Positions 28,158-41,951 of a stretch of 64,000 nucleotides of DNA are shown here, one piece after another. The stretch comes from Octopus vulgaris. Lineage: Eukaryota. Each line of letters begins with the position of its first letter. The first letter of the stretch is position 1. A model generated the notes under the pieces. The model ran no database searches and was not told the origin of the DNA. It saw only the letters and a program-made list of their open reading frames with translations. The stretch is taken from contig OX597837.1 in NCBI GenBank assembly GCA_951406725.2, positions 16,616,001 through 16,680,000 of the forward strand, given 5' to 3'. The translations under genes and the position numbers were made by a program.

Positions 28158-29259
28158 TGTACAATTCCAAATTGTTTTAGTCTATATTTAATAGAAGTAA
28201 CACCAATGTGCCTTCAAAATGTTAAAGGCAATTCTTTTCTTGAACTTCAGAAACAAATGGTTACTGTATCCATTCTACCAGTAGTTTTTCATGACTATGA
28301 CGATCAAAGACAGGCAGTGGACAGCTACTAGTTTCAGTGAAGAAGTACATAGGATGCTGAGCGACAGTTATTGCTTAAAAAGTTCGTTGTTGCTTATGTA
28401 GTTGAACACTTCTCAATGTTGTTAACAACATATTTTTACAGGAAGAAAAGAAAGAAAAAAGCATTAAAATTATAAAAGATCAAATTATTGAGATGAAAAA
28501 ACCCATCACTACCTCACCAAGGACACAAAGAAAAAGTGGAGGGAATGAAGCATCAGAAGATGGTGTGAGGAAGGAATAAGGAACAGTGGCATACGGGGGT
28601 GGTGGTTGTGTTGGGTGTGCTGCTGCCACACCCATTGCCACCTTATTCCAAGCAGTGGGTATAACAAAAGTTTTCCTTTAAGACTTGTGATTAAATTAAA
28701 GAGTAAGGTTAATTATTTATAATGACTTTACCATTTCCGATGGATGTGCAGTGCACACTTAGCACACCTAGAATATACTCCACTGATAATGAGTTGTAGA
28801 CCCCAGAACAAATGGTGTGTTTACCTATGTCCTACAGTCAATGGCGTTGCCTTGGAGAATGGCCAGTGACACTCATTGCAACAGCTACCCCACCTCATGG
28901 GTTTCATTTCTCAAATAGACTGCAGTTGTCTCAAATTATGAGGAGGAAATTAGCTGTTTAGGGTCCAAGAACATCTGACTTCTTGATGGTGACTGGCACA
29001 AACTGACGGCAGATTGTCAGGCTCCTCTATTTGTTTGTCTTCCTCTCCTCTGTGTTATGAGTGGCCATATCTGGCTTCGTGGCCAACGCAATAAGGTTGC
29101 AGCTGGAGAACCTGTTGCAGCATTATCATAAAATTAAAATGAATAAGAAAAAAATTCTCCATGACTTTTCTGATGGTAAGCTTTTTTTTATTTACCTTTC
29201 ATGTCTGGCCTTAGGATGATAAAAAATTAAATGGTTACTACTAGTTTGCTTACAAGTAC

Positions 29260-29640
29260 AGGCTCGGCCATATGGATAAGAAACTTGCTTCCCAAGCATG
29301 GGGCTTGGGGTTCAGTCCTACTGTACTGCACCTTGTACAAGTGTCATCTATTACAGACCTAGGCTGACAAATACCTTGTGAATAGAATAAGTGCCTGGAA
29401 ACTGAATGAAAGAACACTGTATGAGTGTGTGCAAGTGTGTGTGTGTACCTGTTTTGTACCTCCACTGCTTAATGACTTCTGTTGGTTTGTTTATGACCCT
29501 GTAATTTGGTAGTTCAGCAAAAGAAATCAATAGAATTGAATACGTTCCAGACTTTAAGAACATAAGTACTGGGGTAACTTTTGACTAAAACTTTCAATGC
29601 AGTGCTCCAGTCTGGTCCCAGTCCAATGACTGAAACAAAT
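29260..29640 (+). mobile_element. CORE-type SINE, diverged
   Basis: Head and tail (cagtccaatgactgaaacaa) match the family. Confidence 0.75.
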
Positions 29641-30233
29641 GGACTTAGGGTGAATAGTTCTTTTACACTTTTACTTTATTTTGTTTTTTACTTGTTTCAA
29701 TCACTGAACTCTGGCCATGTTAGATCACCACTTTGAATATTGAATATTAAAATTAAAATCCATTTTTGCTAAATGTTTAAATTAAGTGTCATTCATTTTT
29801 GTGGCTTTATTAATACTATCAACAATTATAATGACTTAATTTTTATTATTTTTAAAAATTTATGTAATTTAAAAGTGTAAAATATTCTTTTTGCTCTTCA
29901 AATACAGTTTGAATAGTTAGTGGTTATACAAATAGAAATAATTAATGTTTAATCACAAAGATATTCTTATCTTTAAACTAAGTGACACCTCTTTATATAA
30001 GATATTTAGAGGAGGATCAATGAGTAGCCTTAGCCATTTTAAAACCTCTCCCACTGCTAAGGTTCTGAATTACATCACCAACTGGAATGAGATGACTGGG
30101 CACAGCTGTTTGGATACTGGAGATTTGATATGGCTAACTGGGAATTGAATCTGTTTTGGCAACAGTACTTTTTGGTACTAGAGGTAAACATACATACACA
30201 CATGCACATGCATGCAGAAATATACAAAGACAA

Positions 30234-30301
<68 letters not shown>

Positions 30302-30646
30302 AGAAACATTAAAAAAAAATCAATGTCGAACTAGCAACGTCAAATAGGTGGCATCACCTAAATGATTGAGCTAAACTGTTTAATTTTTATGAGCCCTGTG
30401 ATTTATAAGGTCAGATCCAACATTCCTCTGTAAAAGACTCCAGTCCATTGCAGATGTCTAATACCTATCATCATTTACAGCAGCAATCTAAGAATTAGAC
30501 ACAAAAATTATCTTCTGAATTTTTTTATACATTTATTTATCATTTTCAATATTTTAATTATTTCATTTATTTACGTATTGTTGTTTATTAAATTACTGAA
30601 TTATTTTTTTAATCTATTTCTTATATTTTTTACTTTACTGCAACAG

Positions 30647-30725
30647 TTCAGGAAATGCTTTCTCATCAGAATTTGAAATGTTGACCTCTCAAATGAAGTA
30701 CTCAAAACTGGAAGAACTAAGCTGA
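30647..30725 (+). CDS. Putative terminal coding exon of the 22711 gene (…D SGNAFSSEFEMLTSQMKYSKLEELS*)
   Basis: Long T-rich tract and CAG acceptor at 30644-30646; phase 2 matches the 27149 donor; open to TGA; ATTAAA at 30899-30904. Confidence 0.6.
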
Positions 30726-31114
30726 GCCATTGTCAATCATCAGCCATTAGTCTTCATTAATCATCGTCTTCACTGATTGTTGCTGTTGTCACATTTAAAA
30801 TCTTCACCTCTAAATATAGCAATAACTGTTTTTTAAATAATGCTATATATCACACACCTGTATTTATAAATGTATATGTAAAATATAAATGAATCATTAT
30901 TAAACTTTTACAAGGAAAAGATTGATAGTGAATTAAAAGTTTTAGTTGGTTCATCTTTGTCAGGAAAAAAAGAAATCAGGATTGATAAAGCTATTTCCTG
31001 AGTCATATACACTTATGAGGATGGGGTCAGTTATCTGGATTCTGTGGTATATATATTCCTCCTGGGATAGAATACCAGTCCACAGCATAAATACTCATTT
31101 TTGCCAATTGATTG

Positions 31115-32010
31115 CACTGGAGCAATGAAATGAAGTGTGTATGAAGATAGTATGATTCGCTGGATGTGTAATATCAGTGTGCATACACGACAGAGTGTAG
31201 ACGCCCTGAGAGAAAAGTTGGGCATAAGAAGCATCAAATGTGGTGTGCGAGAGAGGTGACTGTGCTAGTATGGCCATGTGTTATGTATGAATGAAGACAG
31301 CTGCGTGAGGAAGTGCCACTCCCTAACTGAAGAAGGAACCCGTGGAAGAGGTAGACCCAGGAAGGCATGGGATGAGGTGGTGAATCATGACCTTCGAACA
31401 CTGGGTCTCACAGAGGCAATGACAGGAGACCGAGACCTTTGGAGATACACTGTGATTGAGAAGGCACGGCAATTAAAGTAAGATCGCAGTCACGCATGTC
31501 CAGTTCTGTTAAGAATACGCCCGATGCATTGAGCAATATGATATGCTTGAGAAGACCTGTTGAGTCAAGTAAGACCAATATTGTAGCTGGGATCAGTGCC
31601 TCCTGGCTGGCTCCCATGTTGATGGCACGTAAAAAGCACCATTCGAATGTGGTCGTTGCCAGTATCCCATGACTGACTCCCATGCTGGTGCCACGTAAAA
31701 AAGCACCATCCGAATGTGGTCGATGCCAGGTCCACCTGACTGGCTCCCGTGCCAGTGGCACGTAAGAAGCACCAACCGATCGTGACCGATGCCAGTACCC
31801 TCTGACTGGCTCCTGTGGCGGTGGCACGTAAAAAGCAGCCACTACACTCTGGAAGTGGTTGGTGTTAGGAAGGGCATCCAGCTGTAGAAACTTTGCTAGA
31901 CCAGATTGGAGCCTGGTGCAGCCGCTGGCTCTCCAGACTTCAGTCAAACCGTCCAACCCATGGAAAAGGGACGTTAATCGATGATGATGATGATGATGAT
32001 GATGATGATA
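31115..32010 (+). mobile_element. RTE LINE 3' portion
   Basis: GTRGRGRPRKAWDEVV..DL, four UTR repeat units and (GAT)n tail. Confidence 0.88.
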
Positions 32011-32024
32011 ATAATAATAATAAT

Positions 32025-32074
<50 letters not shown>

Positions 32075-32188
32075 CCTGCTCACTTAGCCAGTGGAGTGGC
32101 ATCAATTGAAGGCTAAAACAATGCAAAGTGCATTGTGACCAGCGATGTGTAGCTACATCTAATAGCCTGGTCGGTCACGGTGATCACG

Positions 32189-32234
<46 letters not shown>

Positions 32235-32271
32235 CTGTAAATATAATATGGGACAATTATTTGGTAGCCAT

Positions 32272-32332
32272 GATAAAACTCCGAGTTTCGGATGTCGGGT
32301 TGGAATCCCACGCTGGCATCTCTTCAGTTATC
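32272..32332 (-). ncRNA. Minimal type I hammerhead ribozyme motif (Penelope-like-element type)
   Basis: Minus strand: GAUAA-CUGAAGA-GAUGCC..GACAUC-C-GAA-ACUC-G-GAGU-U-UUAUC; stems I, II and III pair and the CUGANGA/GAAA core is intact apart from one extra C. Confidence 0.65.
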
Positions 32333-33450
32333 GGGCCATCGAAAAAAAATGCTATGAAAATTACCGTTAAAACAAAGGAAAATTATTGTGTGATTGACCA
32401 TTATCAAGACAAAAGAGCTATTTGAATGACCGCTAAGTAAGGGGAGGGAGTAAAGGTAAGGGAGTAAAAATGTTCATAGTAATCGTGTATGTGTGCATGC
32501 CCATACATACACATGCATGCCTGCACATTCACGTACATGTGCCTATATGTATATGCTCATCCACCCTCACTTGAAACACACACATGCTCACCCACACATT
32601 CGTCAAAAAATACCTACCCGCATACATGCTCACACACACTAAACAAGAATACTGCTACCATTTAATGATAGTTTCTCAAGTCTTCAAATTTATTACTGAA
32701 CAACATGCGTGAGTGATTTGCTCATAGTGATCAAATGTTTGTGCTGCATATGAGCTCTTTATTGAATTGACATTGCCTGTCCAGGTACACAGTGTACCAC
32801 ACTTCAGATGTCAAAGTGAACAACAGGAAATGAAATGTTTTGCTCAAGAATACAATGCATCACCCAGTGCAGGAATTGAACTCATGGTTTTGTGATTGCA
32901 AGTGCAACATACAAGCCATGTGAAGTCATGTGGTCTAATGGTTAGTGCTACCATAAAACAGTACTAAAACCCAGGTGTCCTCAAAAACAGGTCATCATAC
33001 ATGAAAAAACAACAAATCTTCATATTGGTTTCCAAGACCGTTATTTGTCAAAGAGACTCAAATAGCTAAAGATGGCAATCTGTTTTACAGACCAAGAACA
33101 CCAGAAAATGGAGGCTTTCACAAAACCTGAGAAAACATTTGCTCTATGATCACTTTCCCAATTAAGTTAAGTTTTGATACATCAAAAAGAAAACAACTCT
33201 GCCTCACTTTACTGAATCTCATTCCTCTCAAAGTGTTTACAAAACCTTTATTTACTGCTGACAATTTTTACAAACAAGTACACAGCACATATAAAAATAT
33301 ATGAACAATAATAAAATATTACATCCTCACTTTTATTAATTTTATTTTCATTTTTGCAATCATTTCTAAAAGAATTTACAATGCATTCTTTGAAAATAAG
33401 CTTTTCTTTTCGAAACATTATTTATGCCAAACTTTGTGGTGTTTCTTTCC

Positions 33451-33502
33451 TCAGTAAGACATCACTGATTCAATAGTTTTATAGTTCTGACTATTCATTG
33501 TT
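33451..33502 (-). CDS. CFAP96: CFAP96/C4orf47 (UPF0602) last coding exon: (K)TMNSQNYKTIESVMSY*
   Basis: Acceptor ttttcttgcag, phase 2 matches the previous exon; resembles the recalled vertebrate C-terminus ALNSKNYKTSSVPSY; AATAAA on the minus strand at 33247-33252 and 33332-33337. Confidence 0.85.
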
Positions 33503-34859
33503 CTGCAAGAAAACAATATGTATCACAGGATTAATAAAGTTTACATTTTGCTAATATTTTAATTTTTTGTTTATGTGTAACATAATTTTATTTCTGTAAT
33601 TTTTGTTGTTAAAAATCTTAACATTAACCCATTAGCTTTCAGATTACTCTGTCAAATGTAATGCTTATATATATATATTGTTGTGAATTAATCAAATATC
33701 TCATAGCTGTGAAATTTCAATGATGTAATTGTTCAATTCTAGAATAACATTGTTAGGTAGGTGTGAGAGGTCAGATCTGGCCAGTTTGAACATAAAACAA
33801 GTAGAATATTTGGACCAGATATAGCTGGTTGAGGCATGATGGCCACAACACACTGACTGGAAGCAGTGAAAGAGTACAGACTAAATGATCATGAAGTCAA
33901 ATATAGTACACACTTGTGTATGCATTTATATACTAATTAAAGAGGAAAGCAAATTTTATGGATGTAAGTTCAAATTGCAGTCACAACCAAACAGAAGATA
34001 CCTGCCCAAAGTGCCATGCTGTAGGATCAAATATGAAAGCATGTTGCTGCAAAATGAACTTCATAATTATACAGCCATGCCTACAAGACATGATCACATC
34101 ATAAAGAAATTCACTTCCCAATCACATAATTTCAGGTTCAGTCCTACAGCATGGTACCTGGGTCAAGCGTTTTCTACTATAATCCTAGGTCAACCAAATA
34201 TTGGTGACTGAATTTGGTAGATAGAAACTGAAATAAACCTGTGTTAAAACAATGATATGGGAGAGGTGACAGTGATGATGATGATGATGATGATGTTAGA
34301 GCTGTGGACGCTGCAGTTTGGAGTGCAAGCTGTAATTTCAAAAAAGAACCAATATGAAGTAGAGACAACTCTTTAGCCCTGCTCTAGACAATTTCTGTGA
34401 TGCTGGTGACACAATACAATGCCCACACTCCAAAATGGATAGTGATAGGAGAAACCTTGCCGAAGAAGGTAGGAATTGAGTAGTTATGAACAACCTATTT
34501 TGGAAGGCAGTAACTCACAATAAAAACTAATAACAATCCTTTCTACTATAGGCACAAGACATGACATTTTGGGGGACCTTGAGTGCTTGACTGGTACTTA
34601 ATTTATTGATCCTGAATGGATAAAAAGCAAAGTCAACCTTGGCAGAAATTGAACTCAAAACAACGACTGATGAAATGCCACTAAGTGTGTTAATGCTTCT
34701 GTCGGCTTAGTGGTTTAATAAGAACTAATAATAATAGTTTAAAATTATGGCATAAGGCTAGCAGTAATAGGGGCAGGAGTAAGTTGATTACATCGGCACC
34801 AGCATTCAACTGCTACTTTGATCATGAAATGTTCAGTAACATGAGGACCAAAGAACTGA

Positions 34860-37237
34860 AGTATTTCGGATTGCAACAAAATTGTGATGTCATAGGAGAG
34901 AAATGTGTCCACATGGATAATGGCACACTTGCATTTAATAATTCTGCATAGAAAGAGGATTGGAGATTCCATTATGAAAGTCTGCTGAACATGGAGAATG
35001 AATGGGAGGAGGAGAACCTACCAAATGTTGACCCAATTGAGGGACCAGCTACCCAAATTGATAGTACCCTGGTAGATAAAGCAATTAGGGATATGAAGAC
35101 AAGGAAAGCCCCTGGCACATATCTGGTGGTGTGGGTTATGGTCTAGTCACCCGTATTGTAAATCAAATAGTTCATGAAGGAGCCATATCCAATAGTGGTG
35201 TAACAGTACCATAGTCAACTGCTACAAAGGTAAAGGTGATGCTTTAGATAGAAATAACTACAGGGGTATCAAATTACTGGATCAGGTGATGAAGGTCACG
35301 GAGAGGATCATAGCCCAACTAATTAGGGAGAGAGTTAGCCTAGATGAGATGGAGTTTGGTTTTGTGTCAGGGAGAAGCACCACTGTTGCTATATTTCTGG
35401 TATGACAACTGCAGGAAAAATACCCAGCTAAGGATAAACCCCTATACTTGGCTTTTGTTGACTTAGAGAAAGCCTTTGACTGAGTCCCCTGATCTCTTAT
35501 CTGGTGGTAAATGTGGAAACTACAGATAGATGAGTGGTTGGTAGGAGCTGTGCAAGCCCTGTACATGGATGCAGTCAACAAGGTGAGGGTTGGCAATGAG
35601 TAGAGTGAGGAATTCTGGGTAGAAGTAGGGGTTCACCAAGGATCAGACCTCAGCCACTTCTTATTCATCATAGTGATCCAGGCAATAACTGGAATTCAAA
35701 ACAGGCTGCCCCTGAGAACTCCTCTATGCTGATGACCTTGCTCTAATAGCTGAGTCACAACCAGAACTAGAGAAGTTTTAGGTGTGGAATCAAAGCCTAG
35801 AATTGAAGGGCCTTAGAGTCAATCTAGCAAAAACTAAAATCCTAGTAAGTAGGAAGGCAGACAAATCACAAACCCCTTCAGGTAGATGGCCCTCCTCAAT
35901 ATGTAGGAAAGGCATAGGTAGAAACTCTACAAGATGTACCCAGTATAAACTATGGACACATAAGAGGTGCAACAATATCAAAGGAAAGTTAACTGAGAAG
36001 ATAGCTTTTGTGTGTGGCAGATGCACAGGGGCAATAAACACTGAAAATGTACAGAAAACAGATTCCATTACATGCCAGGGAAAGAAACTAGAAGTAAGTG
36101 GCCAAGTCTGTAGTGGGGGTGGATGCTCCAAGAGCATAAAATAAGAATAGCCTAGGCAAAGTTCAAAAAGCTCCTACCTCTGCTGATAACAAAGGGCCTC
36201 CAGCTCAGAGTGAAGGGTAGACTGTATGATGCATGTGTGCAAACAGCCATGCTACATGGCAGTGAAACATGGGCTATGACTGCTGAGGACATGCGTAGGC
36301 TTGAAAGAAATGAAGCTAGTATGATCCACTGGATGTGCTTACACTCTGTGCTTACACGACAGAGTGTAAGCACTTCGAGAGAAAAGTTGCATAAGAAGCA
36401 TCAGATGTAGTGTGTAAGAGAGATGAGTGCACTGGCATGGTCATGTGCTGCATATGGACGAGAATAGCTGTGTGAAGAAGTGTCACTGTAACTGTGGAAG
36501 GAACCTGTGGAAGAGGTAGATCCAGGAAGACATGGGATGAGGTGGTGAAACACTATCTTCAAATGTTGGGCCTCACAGAGGCAATGATAGGAGACCGGGA
36601 CGTTTGGAGATAAGCTGTGATTGAGAAGACCTGGTAAGTAAAGTGAGATTGCAGCCGAGGCTGATGCCAGTGTCACATAACCAGCCCATTTGAAAGTACC
36701 CTTGAATCGCCGGACAACACACTGTGCTTGAGGAGGCCTGTCAAGTTAAGGGAAATCACAGTTGTGGCCAATGCCAGTGCTGACACCCGTGCTGGTGGCA
36801 CATAATGAGCACCATTCAAGCATGAGTCGATGCCAGTGCCACTTGACTGGTTCCCACTTTTGGTGGCATGTAAAAAGCACCATCTGAATGTGGTGGATTC
36901 CATTGTCCCCCAACTGACTCCCATGCTGGTGGATCATAAAAAGCACCTTCCAAACGTGCTTGATGCCAGTACCCCACAACTGGCACCCATTCTGGTGGCA
37001 TGTAAAAAGCAGCATCTGAACATGGTCAATGCCAGTGCCACCTGACAGTCTCCCATGCCAGTGTCACATGAAAAGCACCCACTACACTCTTGGAGTGGTT
37101 GGCATTAGGAAGGGTGTCCAGCTGTAGAAACCTTGCCAGATCAGACTAGAGCCTGATGCAGCCTACTGGCTTGCTAGTCCTCAGTCAAACCATCCAACCC
37201 ATGCCAGCATGGAAAACGATGATGATGATGATGACAA

Positions 37238-37269
<32 letters not shown>

Positions 37270-37275
37270 ATGATG
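34860..37275 (+). mobile_element. Longest RTE-clade LINE copy (RT + inserted PHD finger + 3' UTR), decayed
   Basis: NYRGIKLL, FGFVSGRST, AFVDLEKAFD, VGVHQGS, LYADD, GLRVNLAKTK, Cys/His finger, LHGSETW, five UTR units and (GAT)n tail. Confidence 0.92.
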
Positions 37276-38495
37276 AATGGATGAAAGGCAAAGTCAACCT
37301 TGGTGACATTTTAACTCAGAACATATGAATGGACAAATGCCACTAAGCATTCCGTCTGGTATGTTAATGATTCTGCTAGTTCACTGGTTTAATAAGAACT
37401 AATACTTATAAATTAATTTTTAGCCTTGCTGTGGACTGCACAATCTCTCTAGTGACCATCAGTGATATGATAATATACACTAAATCCATGCAGTCAAGTG
37501 AAAGAAATCTTTGAAGACTAATCTAAACTATACAATCATGGGCAAGAAAAAAATATGGTGGTGGTGGTGGTCATCGTCGTCCTTTGACAAAGTTAAACAA
37601 CCAATCCCAACCACTTGGGGTTCATAGTGCAGGTTGTACTACTCACTCTTTCAATCTCTGAATACCAAATGTTGCTCATGAGATCTCTGTGTTTGGGTAA
37701 TTTTCCTGAGTCACCCTCTCACCTTTGAACACCAGTCCATCATAAAGTTACCCATTTACAGCTGGATTAATGTGAAATGCAGTGTTTTGCTCAAGAAGGA
37801 AATCACAATCTTATAATTGTGAATGCAACAACCTAATCCTTAGGGCATTCACCTGTACTGATAATGATGGTAATGAGGATCTATGTATGAGGGGTGTGAA
37901 AATCATTGTGTGTTTGCCAATAAACTTGTGTCAAACAGTATCTTGTGATTTATTCTATGCATGTATTGAATATGTATGTGTGGCAATCATCGTGGGTTTG
38001 CGAATAAATACCTGTGTCAAAACAAAGTGTATTTTACAGTATTTATTCTATGTGTGTCACATCTCTGCAAGCAGTAAAAGGACCTAACCATTCACTAAAT
38101 ACAGCTCAATAGACATAATATCCAACAAAGAACCAGGATAGATATAATCGACTTCAACCAATTCCTTGAAAGTGTTTGCCCAAGCATGTCTACAGTCCAA
38201 AGACAATACCAGCAAAAGTAGTCCTCCTCTACTTCCTCATCAGCATCATTTAACGTCTGTCTTCCATCCTGTCATGGGTTGGATGGTTTGACAGGAGCTG
38301 GCAAGCCAGATACTGCACCAAACGATTACTGTCTGTTTTGGCATGGTTTTTATGGTTGGATGCCATTCTTAATGCCAATCACTTTACAATGTGGACTGGT
38401 TGCTTTTTACATGGCACCAGCACCAGTGAGATCTATTTTGGCATGGTTTGCATGGCTAGATAACGATGTATAAAAGAATATTAGTTGTGACTTAC

Positions 38496-38674
38496 TTTAG
38501 TATATTTTGCTGTAAAATTGAAGTGGTCGGACGAGACTTTTCTTGTTTGAGAGGCACAAACACATTTCCTGATTTGTTGACAACATGTATAGGTCGACCT
38601 TCCTTCACTTTGACATATTCATTCACAGAATGTGTTGGGTATTGATCAAATGTACCAGCCTTCATGCCTCCATC
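38496..38674 (-). CDS. CFAP96: CFAP96 exon: DGGMKAGTFDQYPTHS...KSRPTTSILQQNIL
   Basis: ccag acceptor and GTAAGT donor, 179 nt, phase 0 to 2; GGMKAGTFD matches the recalled UPF0602 motif. Confidence 0.9.
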
Positions 38675-38783
38675 CTGGAAGCATTAGAACATCAAAATAT
38701 CAAAACATCAAAATATCAATACATCAAAATTTATTTCCTATAAAGAAACAGACTGTAAACGCACAACTGACCTCTAAGCAAGG

Positions 38784-38819
<36 letters not shown>

Positions 38820-38986
38820 CATGAAAACATCTTTTATCATTTGTTTGTCTCAGCCTTGTAGGGTTTAGGTAAACAAATTGACCTTTTAAAGTTGGGTATT
38901 TATTCTATTGGTCTCTTTTGCCAAACTGCTAAATTATGGGGGTGTAAACACATTGGCACTAGTTAAGTGGTGATGGGACACACACA

Positions 38987-39047
<61 letters not shown>

Positions 39048-39052
<5 letters not shown>

Positions 39053-39282
39053 TAGGATGAAATCCTACTGAGGACAAAATCCCCCCAAAATCCCCCCTGG
39101 GATATTGTTCTTGCTTTACAATAAAAATATCTTAGGAAAGTGAAATTTTATGAAAAATTTCAAATATTTATTAGTTGATATTTTTGTTAAAATTTGTCCA
39201 GTGAGATTTTGTCCTTGGGGTATTTGTCCTCGGGAGATTTTGTCCCCGGGATTTTGTCCTCAGTGGATTTTGTCCTGATACC
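39048..39282. mobile_element. MITE with internally repetitive TIRs, nested in the (CA)n of a minus-strand SINE (about 38880-39450)
   Basis: actgaggacaaaatcccc at the left is mirrored by gggattttgtcctcagtggattttgtcctgatacc at the right. Confidence 0.7.
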
Positions 39283-39499
39283 AACACATACATACAATGG
39301 GCTTCTTTCAGCTTTCGTCTACCAAATCCAATCACAAAACTTTAGTTGCTCTGAGGCTATAGTAGAAAACACTTGCCCAAGGTGCTACACAGTGGGACTG
39401 AACCCAGAACTATGAGGTTGGGAAGCAAACAGCTTACCATGCAGCTATACCTGTACTGTTAGTTTACATTCTCACTAGGAAACGGGACAGCTGGATCAT

Positions 39500-40930
39500 T
39501 GTTATTACTAAAACCTTTCCTGGAGAGGAATATACAACCGAAGCTAGATTAGTGGCTAGTGAATTCTGAATTAAAGCTCGGTACATCTAGAAACAGATGA
39601 TATGGAGAAGGAAGGTACAGAAGCTAAAGAACTACACATTTGAGAATAATCTTAGAAATATGACTGTTAGGAGAAGGATTTAAATACATAGAGAAAAGAT
39701 GACAACTAGGAATTTCTCTGAAATAACCTGCTTAGGGCTATAAATCCAACATCTGGCTGAGAATTTGGCCCAGCTAAGCTAAAGGTGATGTGTGGGTGGA
39801 ATGACACCATTAATTGAGTAATAAAGATCTAAAAGGCAGGTTTGAATAACCTGTAAAGAAGGCGATAGTAGGGAGCATTATCAAAAAGCAAGAGGGTCAG
39901 CTGGGCAAGGATATACTTGGCTATAGGTGAGGCAGAAGGGAAGAGATTTGTGCATGTCCTGCAATTCAGAGATGTGTAAAGGGTTCAGGATTTTGAGATG
40001 CCATTGGAGTGATATATATTCAAAATGATGAAACATACTCAACACCACTGTGAAAGACAAGAAAGTGGCATTATGAGAGGCTAGTGAAAATGAAGAAAGC
40101 ATGGCATAAAGAAGGACTACTGCATGCTGACCCTACTGAAGGTCAGTTTACAGGACTCAATATTCTCTTCAGCCCATCTAACTTATTTCTATGGGAGAAA
40201 ACTCTTGTATTCCTCTTGTGTTCTAAGGGGCCCTCAATCACATCTTAAGCAGCTGCTCCAAGGCACTGAGCGAGGTACATCATCACACAGAAACATGATT
40301 AAGTCCTGAAGACCATCCTTGAGGCAATCAACTAGGGGATTAGCAACAGCAAAAATATCAGCACTACAGCCAGAAGTATAGTGTTTGTTAAGGAGGGAGA
40401 GAAGTCAATGAAAAGGCTCCAAGGAAATACTTCCCATAGTACAGGACTGGGTGATGGAAGTTGATCAGGAGAAACAGTTGAAATTTTCAGTGCATATGAC
40501 ACAGACTTTGCGGAGACCAGATATCATCTTGGTTTTCTAAGTTAAAAAGCAGCTAGTGCTATTGGAGTTAACTATGTCAAAATCAGGAGTCGATGGAGGA
40601 GTGTCACAAGAACGGGTGGAGAACAAAGTGTCTGTCAGTGAAGGTTAGCAGTTGATGGTTAGCAGGTTGTACTCATAAGTAGGAGCTATAGAAAACTCCA
40701 GGCATTTCAGGAGCTTATAGAAGAATGATCAAGAACAATGTAGAATTGCAGAGAAAGAATCTAGATGGTTCTTGCTTCAAAGAGGTGACTGGTGGGATCA
40801 GCAGAATGCCTCTTCAATACAGATCTAGGTTTTATCAGCCTAGATTGAGTTACCTGGAAGAGGGTATGAGCTGTAAGACCCAAAACATCCAGTAATTCCA
40901 TGATGCAACACTGACAAAATGTCTAAGTAT
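39500..40930 (+). mobile_element. Highly decayed RLE-type non-LTR element (HERO/NeSL-like)
   Basis: TLRRPDIILV...KQLVLLELT at about 40505-40575 resembles an RLE PD motif; boundaries are approximate. Confidence 0.5.
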
Positions 40931-41598
40931 TGCCCTTATGGAGGCATGTTGAACTGATATACATACATTTATTATAATGGCATGGCATTGGTTATGACAA
41001 TGAGTCTTGCAGTTGATCTGATCAACAGAACAGCCAGCTTGTGAAATTGATATGCAGGTGGACGAGCATTCCACAGACATGCATAGCCTTCACATAGTTC
41101 TGAGGGAAACTTAATCTGACAAGAATGAGACAAAGCTGGCCCCTTTGAATTACAGGTACAACTAATTTTTGCCAGCTGAGTGAACTAAAGCAACATGAAG
41201 TAAAGTGTCTTGCTGAAGGAGACAATGTACCACCAGGAATTGAACTCTTGACCAGGAATCATAAGCCAAATATCCCAACAACTAAGCCATGTGTCTACAT
41301 ACATATACATAAGTATATACACACATACGAGGGGATGCTGGAAAGTTCATGAATTTTAAGGTATCACAAAAGGCCTGGTTGGAGGCCCAACCTTCAAAGT
41401 TCTTTTACAAAGCTTAGAAAAAATGAAGGACTGCTGCAATAAAAGTGTGTGAATCTGAGAGGGGAACATGTTGAATAAAATCATTATTAACTGATCCTTG
41501 GGAGGGTTTGGGGGGGAGTGATTCAGAGAGAGAGAGAGAGAGAGTGTGTGTGCACATATATTAAGCAAATGCCCTATTTGTTAAACCTTGTCTGTCAG

Positions 41599-41637
<39 letters not shown>

Positions 41638-41951
41638 CATAATGGATGGTGGCTTTTCTCACGCATAAGGGGTTTAGCTGTATGGCATCTCTTCACACCC
41701 CAAACCACTATTTGCCTAAGACCTCTTAAAAAAAGTGGAGTGGGAGGTCTGAAGGCATGCCATAAGGCTAAAACCCTTATGGGTGAAAAACCCAGGGTAA
41801 CCCCATAAACCAGCCCCCATTATAATATTAACTGCTCAGATTTGTATATTTCTACAGATGGTATATATATATATAAACAGAGAGGGGGAGGGGGAGGGAG
41901 GGAGGGAGAGAGAGAGAGTGAGAGAGGCTGACAGACCAACAGATAAAAACA

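Noticed and set aside
36780-37090. CRISPR-like repeat/spacer pattern (ggtggca.gtaaaaagcacc every ~66 bp)
   Set aside because: The apparent spacers are homologous to each other, the array sits in a LINE 3' UTR in many copies, there are no cas genes, and the DNA is eukaryotic.
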